Positions 21,848 through 32,364 of a stretch of DNA of 64,000 bases are shown in pieces. The stretch lies in contig CAWEWF010000001.1 in NCBI GenBank assembly GCA_963812605.1, forward strand, positions 320,001 through 384,000, read 5' to 3'. The notes beneath the pieces are model-generated. The model saw only the letters and a program-made list of their open reading frames with translations, was not told where the DNA came from and did no database searches. Every line of letters starts with the position of its first letter. Position 1 is the first letter of the stretch. A program made the position numbers and the translations under genes. This DNA comes from an uncultured Verrucomicrobiae bacterium (GTDB lineage: Bacteria; Verrucomicrobiota; Verrucomicrobiia; Palsa-1439).

Positions 21848-21883
21848 ATTCTCGAGCCGGTCCGTGCTTTTTCCGCAGCGCGA

Positions 21884-22896
21884 TTACACCAGCAGTTCCG
21901 CGATTTGCACCGCGTTGAGCGCGGCCCCCTTTAGCAATTGATCGCCGCTGACGAACAGTTCGATTCCCCGTCCGTCATCGCGCGACACGTCCTGCCGGAT
22001 CCGGCCCACGAGACAGTCGTACATTCCCGAGGCATCGATCGGCATTGGATATTTCTTGTTGGCGGGATCGTCCACGACCTTGAGGCCCGGCGCTTTGGAC
22101 AGGATGGCGCGCGCCTCGGCGGGGGTGATGGGCCGCTCGAACTCGATGTTCACCGACTCGCTGTGGGCGCGATAGACCGGCACGCGCACGCAGGTGGCGC
22201 TGATCTGCAAGGTCGGATGATGCATGATTTTGCGCGACTCGTTGACGAATTTCATTTCCTCTTTGGTGTAACCGTTATCGAGGAACACGTCGACTTGCGG
22301 GAAAGATATTGAACGCGATGCGCTGCGGCAAGCGCCTCGATTGTGATGTCCTTTTGGCCGTGCAGAAGCATGTGAGTCTGCTCTTCCAATTCAGTCATGG
22401 CTTTCGCGCCCGCGCCGCTGGCGGCCTGGTAGGTGGAAACGACGACCCGTTTGACCGGATTGGCCTTGTGTAACGGGTAAAGGGCGACCAGCAGGATCGC
22501 GGTCGAGCAGTTGGGATTGGCGATGATTCCCTTGTGGAGCTTCGCGTCTTCGGGGTTCACTTCAGGGACGACCAGCGGCACATCGGGTTCCATGCGGAAC
22601 GCCGAAGAATTGTCGATGACCACCGCACCCTGTTTGGCGGCGCCGTGGGCGAATTCCTTGGAGCGCGACGCACCGGCGCTGAACAACGCGAAATCGATGC
22701 CCTGGAAAATGCCGGCCTTGAGCAATTCGACGCCGATGTCCGCGCCTTGGAACTTCAGTTTCTTGCCGACGCTGCGTTCCGACGCGAACAAGCGCAGGTT
22801 TTTGACCGGAAACCCGCGTTTCTCCAAAGTCTCGATCATCTCGACGCCGACCGCCCCGGTCGCGCCGACCACGGCTATGTTATATCCTTTGCTCAT
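21884..22896 (-). CDS. asd: aspartate-semialdehyde dehydrogenase, frameshift near 22300-22330
   Basis: [52 protein letters not shown]. Confidence 0.96.
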
Positions 22897-22995
22897 AAAA
22901 TGCCCGAAGTGTGAACCGCACAGTATATTCGCTACGCCAATTCAGCGCAAGTCCCAGCGCTTGCGGAATTTCTGCCTGCGACGTAATATACTGGC

Positions 22996-23195
22996 GTGAC
23001 TGCCGCCAAAATCATTGAGGAAATCAAGCTTCTCCCTGCAGAAGGAACATGGTGAAGTAATTGTGTTTACTGTTGCCGATTCGCCAGGGAGAAAGAGCAG
23101 GAATTGCGCTATGCGAATGACGCTGATCTCCAACAGGCGGTGGACGACATTTTCACCGAAGCACGACTGATCTAATGCGCAAATTGGCGTCGTGA
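22996..23195 (+). pseudogene. degenerate antitoxin-like small gene
   Basis: MTAAKIIEEIKLLPAE...ELRYANDADLQQAVDDIF...LMRKLAS* across frames; GTGA overlap with the next gene. Confidence 0.5.
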
Positions 23196-23613
23196 GCGAG
23201 CCAAGTTGACCTTCGCGTACCGAACAGAGCTCGACGTCGTTTCCGTCGCCAGGGACTCGACTCAATCGATGGCACGAAGGCGCCCGGGATCAATGATGCC
23301 AATGGCGGCGTTGGGTACCTGTGGCGTCTGGCGAGCAAGGGGAACTGCGAGGAAATTCTCGGTCTACGTCCATCGGTATGCGCAGAACATAGCAACGTTC
23401 CCGTCGGCAAAGCGGCGTTGCCGCTCGTCACGGCGCCTTGGTCTTCAGTGCTTTAGCGGCTAAAGTAGTCATGCCATGCTTTCAAAAGTCGTGGCCGCTT
23501 GTCTCAGCGAGTCGCATAATTCGATTCAACTCAGGGCGATTATAGCCGTAATGAATTCGACTGCAACGGGCGTCAGCCAGATTTTGGCAACATTCTCGCC
23601 TTTAATCACATGA
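23192..23613 (+). pseudogene. degenerate Fic/Doc-like toxin; end approximate
   Basis: MSEP start, GAPGINDANG, and a garbled AQN...KR...ALV stretch at the position expected for the Doc HxFxDGNKR region. Confidence 0.4.
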
Positions 23614-23688
23614 ACATGCGGTGGCTCAACCCGATCTGAAGAGTAGAACCGAAATTTATATCCCTCAATGAAGATCGTGGGCATTCAG

Positions 23689-24747
23689 CTACACCGCGGC
23701 CGCGACCAGATCGCCGACTTCCCTGGTGCCGTGGCCCATTTTGCCGGCGGCGAGGGTCTTTAATTTTTCGCGGACGGTTTTGATGACGGCGTTTTCGATG
23801 GCGGCGGCGGCTTTGGTTTCGCCAAGGAAATCGAGCATCAGGCCGCCGGCGCAGATGGCGGCGAGCGGGTTGATGACGTTTTTGCCGGTGTACTTCGGGG
23901 CGCTGCCGCCGATGGGCTCGAACATGCTGGTGCCCTGCGGATTGATGTTGCCGCCGGCGGCGATGCCCATGCCGCCCTGGATCATCGCGCCGAGGTCGGT
24001 GATGATGTCGCCGAACATGTTGTCGGTGACGATCACGTCGAACCACTCGGGGTTTTTCACGAACCACATCGTCGTGGCGTCCACGTGCGCGTAATCGCGG
24101 GTGATCTCGGGATAATCCTTCTGGCCGATCTCGTGGAAGGCGCGTTCCCAGAGGTCGAAGGCGTAAGTCAGCACGTTGGTCTTGCCGCAGAGCGTCAGTT
24201 TTTTGTCCTTGTTGCGTTTGCGGGTGTAGTCGAAGGCGTAGCGCAGGCAGCGCTCGACGCCGCGGCGGGTGTTGATGCTTTCCTGGACGGCGATCTCGTG
24301 GGGCGTGCCCTTGAAGACGAAGCCGCCGCTGCCGGTGTAGAGGCCCTCGTTGTTCTCGCGGACGACGACGAAATCGATTTCCTTCGGGCCCTTGTCCTTC
24401 AACGGGCAGAAGCGTTCGTCGTAGAGTTTCACGGGGCGGAGATTGATGTACTGTTCCAGCTCGAAACGCAGGCGCAAGAGGATGCCTTTTTCCAGGATGC
24501 CCGGTTTCACGTCGGGATGGCCGATGGCGCCGAGGAGGACGACGGGAAATTTGCGCAGTTCGTCGACGGCGCTGTCCGGCAGGACTTCCTTGGTGCGCAG
24601 GTAGCGGTCGCCGCCGAAATCGAAATGGGTGTAGTTCAGCTTCAGCCCGAATTTCTTCGACGCCACATCGAGGACCTTGATCGCCTCGCGGACGACTTCC
24701 GGCCCCGTGCCGTCACCGCCAATGACCGCAACATTATAAGATTTCAT
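23689..24747 (-). CDS. leuB: 3-isopropylmalate dehydrogenase
   Basis: GDGTGPEV, NLRPVKL, VVRENNEG, DNMFGDIITD, FEPIGGSAP. Confidence 0.9.
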   Translation of the reverse strand: MKSYNVAVIGGDGTGPEVVREAIKVLDVASKKFGLKLNYTHFDFGGDRYLRTKEVLPDSAVDELRKFPVVLLGAIGHPDVKPGILEKGILLRLRFELEQYINLRPVKLYDERFCPLKDKGPKEIDFVVVRENNEGLYTGSGGFVFKGTPHEIAVQESINTRRGVERCLRYAFDYTRKRNKDKKLTLCGKTNVLTYAFDLWERAFHEIGQKDYPEITRDYAHVDATTMWFVKNPEWFDVIVTDNMFGDIITDLGAMIQGGMGIAAGGNINPQGTSMFEPIGGSAPKYTGKNVINPLAAICAGGLMLDFLGETKAAAAIENAVIKTVREKLKTLAAGKMGHGTREVGDLVAAAV

Positions 24748-24866
24748 CGGATACCCTTTCGCGAAAACCCGACCGTGTGGGCGGGGAGCGAGATTCTAAG
24801 GCTTGCGAGGGAGAGTTGCAAATGAATTTTGGTGACGGTTTTTTTCGCGGTGCAAGCCCGCGAGAG

Positions 24867-26868
24867 TCACGGCCCTCCCTGCAATCGTGCGAGCGCTTTT
24901 GTGGCGGGAACAAAGTCCGGGTGGAGTTTCAGGGCCTGCTCGTATTGCTCGGTCGCCTCCGGCGTGCGGCCCATCTTTTCCAGGGCGAGCCCCAGATTGT
25001 AATGGGCCTCGGCGTAATCGGGACGGAGTTGCAGCGCTTTCTCGTAGTGCACAACGGCATCCTCGCGCTTCCCCAGTCGGATCAAGGCGGCGCCCAGATT
25101 ATTGTGTGCTTCGGCGGAGGCGGGTTTGATCCGCAATACCTGCTCGAAATGCGCGATGGCTTCCTGCAGTTTGCCCGATGCGAGCAGGGCCTTTCCCAAG
25201 TTGTTGTGTGCCGCGGCGTAGTCGGGATCAATTCGCAGGGCCTGTTCGTAATGTTCGATCGCGTCTGGGAGCTTCCCCGTTTGGAGGAGCGCGTTTCCCA
25301 TGTCGTAGTGGGCCTCGGCGTAATCAGGCGTGCTCCGCAGCGCCTGCTGATACTGGGCCATGGCCTCCGCGAATCTTGCCCGTTTGCAGCAAGGCGATCC
25401 CCAGGTTGCAGTGCGCTCCGGGGAAGTCGGGATTGATCCGCAGGGCTTGCTCGTACTGTTGGATTGCCTCCGGCAGCTTGCCCTCCCGGAACAAAACAAC
25501 ACCGAGATTGCTGTGGGCCTCGGCGTAATCGGGATTTATTTGCAGCGTCTGCTCGTATTGGTCGATGGCCTCGGCGAATCTACCAGCTTTCGACAGTGCA
25601 TCCCCGAGGTTGCTGTGCGCCAACCAGGCAGACGGATTTTTCGCCACGTTGTCACGCCACAGTGTTTCCTCATTTGCGTAGACACCGCTGCGTCTCCACG
25701 TGGCGGTTCCCAGCAACATCAAAGCGACGCTACTCACGACGATTGCAATCGACCGACCTTGTTCGCCGATGCGGAAGCAAATTCTCTCCCCACCGGCCAC
25801 GACCAAGGCGATGACGCCGATGATCGAGAAGTATTGCCAGTGATCCGCCACCCACGAGTACCGATGAAAGGTTTGATTAAAGAATCCCAACACCGGGAAG
25901 AGCATCACCACAAAATATCCCAGCCCGAAGAACCACGGCCGTCCCCACGTTTTGCGTTTCCACCAGAACACCACCAGACAACCTAGCAAGATCATTCCCG
26001 GCACGTACGATACCCAGGACGAGGTATCAATCACCCACTTTGGATAAATCACGGTCAGGTCAACCGGCAGCAACGCCTTGGACAGATAAAACCAGGGCAC
26101 CCAACCTGCGGCAGCCACGCGCGAGAGAAAACCGTCCGTCCGGTTCGCGTGTCCTCCCAGACCATGGTCATGCTGAAACCAAACGGTTGCCAACCCGAAA
26201 GCCAGTGAAAGAACAAAGAAGGGCAGACTGGTTAAGAAGTCTTTCCATCGCACCTTGGCCCGCAACCACCAGACACAGATCGATAGTGCAACCGGTAACA
26301 TGACAACCGCGCTCTTGCTAAGCAGTGCCAGCAGGAACATCGATAATGAGAGGCCATACCAGCGCCAGCGACTCGTTCCATCAAACCGCAAGTAGCAAAG
26401 GATCGTCAGAGCGTAGAAGAACATCGAGAGAGTGTTCTTTTGCTCGCTGATCCAGGCAACCGTGGCGACGTTCACCGGATGAATGGCGAATACAAGTCCC
26501 GCCACCCAGGCGCCGGGAATCTTGAGGCGTCGCAAGATCAGCCACACCAGGACGGCGTTGACGGCGTGTAACAATACATTGACGATGTGGTAGCCCATCG
26601 GGTTGGCACCCCACGACCGCCACTCCAGCCACCACAGCGTGTATGTAAGCGGCAGGTATTCCCCCGCTTCCGTCGTAAACCAGAACTGATGCAAGCCGTC
26701 GGTGGCGTGGATCAACCGATTGTGGACGATCAGGCTATCATCGTCGAAGACAAAGCCCCCGCGCAGCGCCGGAAAGTAAGCCACGAATGTAAAGACCATC
26801 AGGATCACGGCCAACAGCCAGGGACGCTGGATCAAGCGGGCTTTCATTGACGGAGACGACACAACCAT
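24867..26868 (-). CDS. TMTC-like GT-C membrane protein with C-terminal TPR array, frameshift near 25380
   Basis: FVFDDD, GYHIVNVLLH, FAIHPVNVATVAWISEQKN, LLSKS, ADHWQY, then about seven EAHNNLG-type TPRs. Confidence 0.88.
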
Positions 26869-26988
26869 TTGCTGTCCATGAGGCTTATCGATGCGTACTC
26901 ATCCTAGCAGGGCGTCACCGACAGGTAAACAAGAAGAGCCGGCCTCGCCTGGAGCTACTGCGAACGACTTTTATAGGACGCCCCTTAC

Positions 26989-27233
26989 ATATCGTAAATT
27001 GATAATTTTACTGGACACAAGGGTTTGGCAGGGATATATTCCGGGCGGTTCTTTGACAGCTCGACGCTCCTTGCTAGAGCCTCCCAGTGATGCAGCCTTG
27101 AGGGAAGGAAGAATCGAAAAAACATGTGTTTCTGCGAAACGAACCCGATTTGTCATCGTGTAGTTACATGCGGATGTATCAGGGCTGCAAATAGGTGTGA
27201 CCAGCAGATGGATTTTTCCAATCCGGTTCGTTT
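26989..27233 (+). repeat. composite dispersed element, copy 1 (palindrome + promoter + 33-mer + inverted AAACGAACCC pair)
   Basis: 29-mer at 26989-27017 matches the reverse complement of 46751-46779 at 27/29; 33-mer at 27119-27151 is identical to the reverse complement of 46417-46449. Confidence 0.85.
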
Positions 27234-27249
27234 GGCGAGAAATGACGGA

Positions 27250-27310
27250 CCGCGCGCGACGTTCGCGGCTACAACAGAAGATCGGAAAACGGGCGGGACG
27301 CCCATTCTAC
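27250..27310 (-). repeat. two GTAG REP-like hairpins
   Basis: On the minus strand: GTAGAATGGGCGTCCCGCCCGT and GTAGCCGCGAACGTCGCGCGCGG. Confidence 0.6.
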
Positions 27311-28593
27311 TGGGGAAGTTCGCGCCAATTCAGGCGTCGGATATTTTCGCAGTGGTCCTGGGTGAAGGAATTTGTTTGGGCGGCGAGCCTTACGTTTTTG
27401 AAGGTGATATTTTTGGCGTAACTACAAGTGACGCCGTTGGTGCCGGAAAGGTCGAGATCGGTAAGCGTGACGTTTTGGATGGGGCATTCTTCGAGGCCTT
27501 CGATGGCGCAGCACTTGCCGGAGTTGCGGGCGGTGACGTGGTCGACATGGATGTCGCGAAAGAGTGGGGTGCGGTCGGAGAACGGCTCAATGGGGGTTTT
27601 GGTGTAACGCAGGGAGAAGATGATGGCGTTGCGGACATTGTTGAGGCGAATGTGAGAGGCGACGATGTCCTCGACGATGCCGCCGCGGCCGCGGGTACTT
27701 TTGATGCGGATGCCGTTGTCGGTGCCGTCGCCGTCGCAGTCAAGGAAGCGAACGTGACGGACGCCGCCGGATTCTTCGCTGCCAATGGCGCAGACGCTGT
27801 GGGCGTGGGCGACGTGGCAGCGGATGTAGGTGACATATTCGGTCGGGCGATTCATTTTGCGGCCTTCTTCGTCGCGGCCGGACTTGATGCCGAAACCGTC
27901 ATCGCCGACATCGGCGAAGCAATCATGGACGACCACGTGGCGGCAGGAGTCGGTGTTGAGGGCGTCGGTGTTGGGAGAAGTGGGCGGGTTGATCATTCTG
28001 CAATTACCCACGTCAATGTGCTCGCTGTAGAGCAGGTGAACGGCCCAGAAGGGGGAATTGATGAAACTGGGGCCATTGATGCGGACATCGGTGCAGTCTT
28101 TGATTTGCAACAGCATCGGGCGGCGACGAATGGGGCGATTGGGGCGGGCGTTACCGTGCTCGGCCATGTCCATGGTGGCCCACCAGGCCGAGCCCTGTCC
28201 GTCGAAGGTACCGGGGCCGGTGATGGCGATGTGGTGAAGGCCGTTGGCGAAGATGAGGGGGTGAGGGCCATTTTCAGTGAGACCTTCCCAACGCGAGGTG
28301 ATGTCGGGGTATTTCGCGCGGTCGGTTTCGAAGAGCACGACGGCGCCGCTGGCGACATAAGGGTCATGTTGTCCACCATGTCGATGGGGCCGGTGAGTGA
28401 AACTGCCAGCAGGGACGCGGACGATACCGCCGCCGGCTGATGGCAGGCGGCGATGGCCTGACGAAAGGCGTCGGCGTGGAGTCATTGGACATCGAGGGCA
28501 CTATAGTCAGTGATATTGAAAACGGGGCTGGAGGGCGGTCGTGAAACTGCGACCGTATTCTTGCCAGTGGCACAACTCATGAGAAGAGCGCAT
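27307..28593 (-). CDS. glycoside hydrolase family 28 (polygalacturonase-like); 5' part frameshifted, start approximate
   Basis: FNITDY, GGGIVRVPAG, SPNTD, GDD, IGSE, GIRIKS. Confidence 0.88.
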
Positions 28594-28617
28594 GGAAGAG
28601 AAGCAGATGAGCCGATT

Positions 28618-29829
28618 TTAGCATGGGCGTAAAGTAGTCGACATGACGCGGCTTCCTGTTTCCGCGGACAGATAGGCCGCGTAGATTACGTTCACGCATT
28701 CCACGGCGAGATCGATGCCCGAGCGCGGTTCACGGCCTTCGTGAATCGCGCTGACGAAATCCGCGATCTCCTGGGAGAATCCGCGGAACCAGTCTTCATC
28801 ACAACTCGGGCGATTCCAGCCGGCCTTCGTCTCGAGTTTTTCTGTGAAATATTCGCTGTGAAACACCGATGGATCGGGCGCGTAGGTTTCGATCGCGTCG
28901 TTGGAGGTCATGTTCGCTTTGATCACGCCGTCGGTCATGAAGGCAGTGACGCGTGTGTTCAAGCCGCCGAGCCCGACATCGCTAACGATCACGGTGGCGC
29001 GCGAACCATCTTCAAAGGCGATGACGAGATTGGCCCAATTTTCCACGTCGACGGGATTGGCGCTGATCCATTGATTCGCGCCTGCCTCACGAGCGCGCGT
29101 GGAAGCGCTGCTGTGGATCAGGTCGGCGGTGTCGGCGAGCACGGAGACGGGTCGAACGCCTTTGCCCAACCGCAACCGACCCTCCCATTGTTTCAGGTGC
29201 AGGCAGGCGCCCACCGAATGCACGCCCATGCGCAGCAACGCACCACCACCAGTCGATTTCCAATCCCGCGAGAAGACCGAGTTGGAGCCCGAGTGGTTTT
29301 CCTCGGCGCGCAATTCGAGGATCGCGCCTTTCGAAGCGGCAATCAGGCGCCGCATTTTCTCGATTGGCGGCGCGTAAATCCAGTTTTCCGCATAGCAGAA
29401 TGTGATGCCATTACGGCGCACGGCTTCGCGCACGGCGGCGGCGTTGCTTCGCGCTCCTTCGCGCATGCGGGTTCGCGGTACATGCGTCCCGATTGGTTCG
29501 GGATCACCAGCGGCTCCGAAATACCCGGTGAGCGGCTTCTCCATAATGATGTGTTTGCCGGCGTTGGCCGCGCGGATGGCGAATTCATGATGCAACGCCG
29601 GCGGCGCGCAGATATCCACGACGTCGATGTCCTTCCGGGCCAGGAGCGAATTGTAGTCGTTGGTGACGAATGCAATCTGCCCTTCCCGCGCGAAAGCGTC
29701 GCCGCTTTCTTTTGTTCGGGAGCAAACTCCCCGGAGCTCCATGAGGTCCCGGGGCAGTTTGGCGTAATTGGCGAAATGCATCCGCGCTCCGAAGCGCGCA
29801 CCGACAATACCGATACCCAAAGTCTTCAT
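28618..29829 (-). CDS. Gfo/Idh/MocA oxidoreductase
   Basis: GIGIVGA, AGKHIIMEKP, GGGALLRMGVH. Confidence 0.9.
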   Translation of the reverse strand: MKTLGIGIVGARFGARMHFANYAKLPRDLMELRGVCSRTKESGDAFAREGQIAFVTNDYNSLLARKDIDVVDICAPPALHHEFAIRAANAGKHIIMEKPLTGYFGAAGDPEPIGTHVPRTRMREGARSNAAAVREAVRRNGITFCYAENWIYAPPIEKMRRLIAASKGAILELRAEENHSGSNSVFSRDWKSTGGGALLRMGVHSVGACLHLKQWEGRLRLGKGVRPVSVLADTADLIHSSASTRAREAGANQWISANPVDVENWANLVIAFEDGSRATVIVSDVGLGGLNTRVTAFMTDGVIKANMTSNDAIETYAPDPSVFHSEYFTEKLETKAGWNRPSCDEDWFRGFSQEIADFVSAIHEGREPRSGIDLAVECVNVIYAAYLSAETGSRVMSTTLRPC

Positions 29830-29904
29830 CTGACATTTCTCATAGGGTTGCGGTCGCCATTGTATCCCGTCTCTTGTTGGCGACAAGCCGATATGGAGCC
29901 GATG

Positions 29905-32253
29905 TTAAGTGGGCTGGCTTTTTCGCGCGTAGTAGCCGGCTCCGAACAGGAAACCAATAATGGATATGAGGGAAATCCATTTGCCTTTTTGATAGGCGGC
30001 GGGGAGGTATTCGAGATGGATATGATGATGACCTGCGGAGAGTGGGACGGCCTGCAAGGCGTAATTGGCCGGCAGGACCTGATATGCGGGTTGGGCGCTG
30101 CCTGCCAGCGGTTCGGCCCGCCAGCCGTTGCTGTAGGAGTCCGTGATCAAGAGGATGGCGGGGTGTGGCAAATCGGCTTCCACGGTCAATTGACCGGGAG
30201 AAGAATCAACGACACTGGCTGTCCCTTTCTCAGAAAAAAGTGTTGGCGCGGGAGTGGGTTCGGTTTCGAGGATGACTTGCTGTTGCGGGTCGAAGGTTGG
30301 GGAGGTCATTGCTTGAAATATCGCATCGCGTCCATGGATGACGCGGTATTCCTGGAGCAACTGGAGCCGGGGCATCGACGACTTCGTGGTGAGAATGCGA
30401 TCACCGTTCTTGTCGGCGAGAAAGGCGTAGCGCCAGCGTAACATGGCGTGCAGCGGATGGAACTGCGTGAAGTCCAGATATTGGTTGGCGCCCTCCGGGG
30501 GTTCGCCCTGGGTGAAGGCCATGAATTCCGCGTAACGTTTGAGCGTGGAGGGCGCGTAACCCCAGACATCTTGTTTATCCAGCCACATCGCCATATTCGG
30601 GGTGCGCTGATAGAAGATTCGATAGTCGCCCGGGTGTTTGTCGAGAAAGGCGCGCAGATTGGGGGATTCAGTGTCAGACAATTCGAAAGTCGTTCGTGTC
30701 ATTCGGGCAAAGACGAAAATTTCCGCAATGGCCATGAAGGTGAGGACGTAGACTGCCTTGCGGGAAGTCCCGGCCAGAAAGAACAGGCCGCTCACAACAA
30801 GGAATTCAACCGCCGCCACGAACAAGCCCCGCGCGGCAAGAAACCCGGCTTTCTTGATGAATGCGGCATCCGTATAGGCCGGGGCCGGTTGATAGGATTC
30901 TTGCGTGGCATAGACCGACTGCATCGCGTGTGTCCACCAGGGGGCGGCTTCAGACGAGCGTGCTGCCGACCGGATTTCCAGCGCCGCGCTTCCGACGATG
31001 AGGCCGGCGATCAAGAGACCCAGTGCCCACCATTTATTCTCTCGCGGGGTTTTCAAAAGATGATCCAGGCCGGTTCCCGCGAGCATCGCCATGAGCAAAG
31101 ACGCGGGAATGATGAACTTGGCATTGTCCCGCAAATGGTCGAAGCCCGGCAGCCACCGATAGAGAATGGGAAACAGGGGAGTATTCGAGCCGAAGGCCAG
31201 GACCAGCAGGATGATCGTGACTGGGACCAGCGTGCGGTGAACCTCGCGCCTGCCGCACACGGCGCCATAGACCGCCAGCGACAGGCCGCTGATGCCGATG
31301 AACAGGCACATCTCCCAGAGGTACCACCGTCCCCAGTAGGGCACGGTGGCCATGTTGCCGAAAAACCACGGCGACAGAATGGTGAGCAAATTCTCCGGCG
31401 TGAAAGAAACCATCGAGGCGAATTCATAGCTGACGCCGCCGCCGCGGACACTTTCGGACCCGGCTTGAAAACTGGTCAGCAGTTGGATGGCTCCCAGGGC
31501 GGCGGCCCCGACATACATGGCGAGCAGGCCCAGCAGAATTCTCGAACGCTGCCGGGTCTTGAGCAGTTGGAAGACGGTAAACAGCCCCACAGCCACGGCG
31601 GTGTAAAACCAGCCCTGCAAATCCCCGGCGAATATCTGCAGGGCGACGGCTGCCATTCCCCAGAGGATCCAACCTCGCGTGTGCGTCTGCATCCATCCCT
31701 CGATGGAGGTGAACACCACCGGCGTCCATGCCATTGCGTACAGCAGGGAGAGATGGCCGGCGTACACGTGAAGAAAGTACGCGCCCGAGAACATGAATAG
31801 CGCGCCGGACATAATGGCGGCGGCAGGATGCAGCCCGCGGCGTAGCGCCCACCAATACGTGAAGAACCCGGCGAGAAATACGTGCAGGGCGACGCCGAGG
31901 TTAATGGAGAAAGGCAAGGGCAGTACCGCATTGAGCCAGTTCGTCGGATACAGCACGCCCGCCTGGGCCCAGCCCAAAAACGGCGTCCCGCAAAACACGT
32001 ACGGGTTCCACAACGGCAAATGGCCATGACGGAGTTGATCCGCAGCAAACGCGTACCAGTAGATGAACTGTGAGGCCAGATCGTTCTGTCCACCCGAAAG
32101 CACGACGGGCTTGGTCGTAAACAGCACATCACCAAACATGCACAGCGTCAAGACCAACAGAATGGCGGTCCCAATCCAGAAGTGGACCGAGCGATTTGAT
32201 TTATTTGACCAGAGAAAACTCAAAGTAGTTCCACGAGTTATTCTCTTCTCCAT
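29905..32253 (-). CDS. YfhO-like membrane protein (GT-C-like)
   Basis: LPLWNPYVFCGTPF, many TMs, C-terminal DSYSNGWRA...ANYALQAVPLSAGHHHI. Confidence 0.8.
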   Translation of the reverse strand: MEKRITRGTTLSFLWSNKSNRSVHFWIGTAILLVLTLCMFGDVLFTTKPVVLSGGQNDLASQFIYWYAFAADQLRHGHLPLWNPYVFCGTPFLGWAQAGVLYPTNWLNAVLPLPFSINLGVALHVFLAGFFTYWWALRRGLHPAAAIMSGALFMFSGAYFLHVYAGHLSLLYAMAWTPVVFTSIEGWMQTHTRGWILWGMAAVALQIFAGDLQGWFYTAVAVGLFTVFQLLKTRQRSRILLGLLAMYVGAAALGAIQLLTSFQAGSESVRGGGVSYEFASMVSFTPENLLTILSPWFFGNMATVPYWGRWYLWEMCLFIGISGLSLAVYGAVCGRREVHRTLVPVTIILLVLAFGSNTPLFPILYRWLPGFDHLRDNAKFIIPASLLMAMLAGTGLDHLLKTPRENKWWALGLLIAGLIVGSAALEIRSAARSSEAAPWWTHAMQSVYATQESYQPAPAYTDAAFIKKAGFLAARGLFVAAVEFLVVSGLFFLAGTSRKAVYVLTFMAIAEIFVFARMTRTTFELSDTESPNLRAFLDKHPGDYRIFYQRTPNMAMWLDKQDVWGYAPSTLKRYAEFMAFTQGEPPEGANQYLDFTQFHPLHAMLRWRYAFLADKNGDRILTTKSSMPRLQLLQEYRVIHGRDAIFQAMTSPTFDPQQQVILETEPTPAPTLFSEKGTASVVDSSPGQLTVEADLPHPAILLITDSYSNGWRAEPLAGSAQPAYQVLPANYALQAVPLSAGHHHIHLEYLPAAYQKGKWISLISIIGFLFGAGYYARKSQPT

Positions 32254-32364
32254 AACTGAACTGCCTGACAATTGCCAACTCTTGTTGCCTCTGTCGCGGC
32301 CGCTGTGTGGACGGCAGCCTATGAATGACTTGCGATTTCAATACAGGAGTTCTAAACAGAAGTC

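Noticed and set aside
24870-25630. 102-nt periodic DNA repeats
   Set aside because: Explained by 34-aa TPR units in the TMTC-like protein.
27124-28440. 438-aa plus-strand ORF starting MCFCETNPI
   Set aside because: Most of it is the antisense shadow of the GH28 gene; only the first nine codons are shared with the element's second copy.
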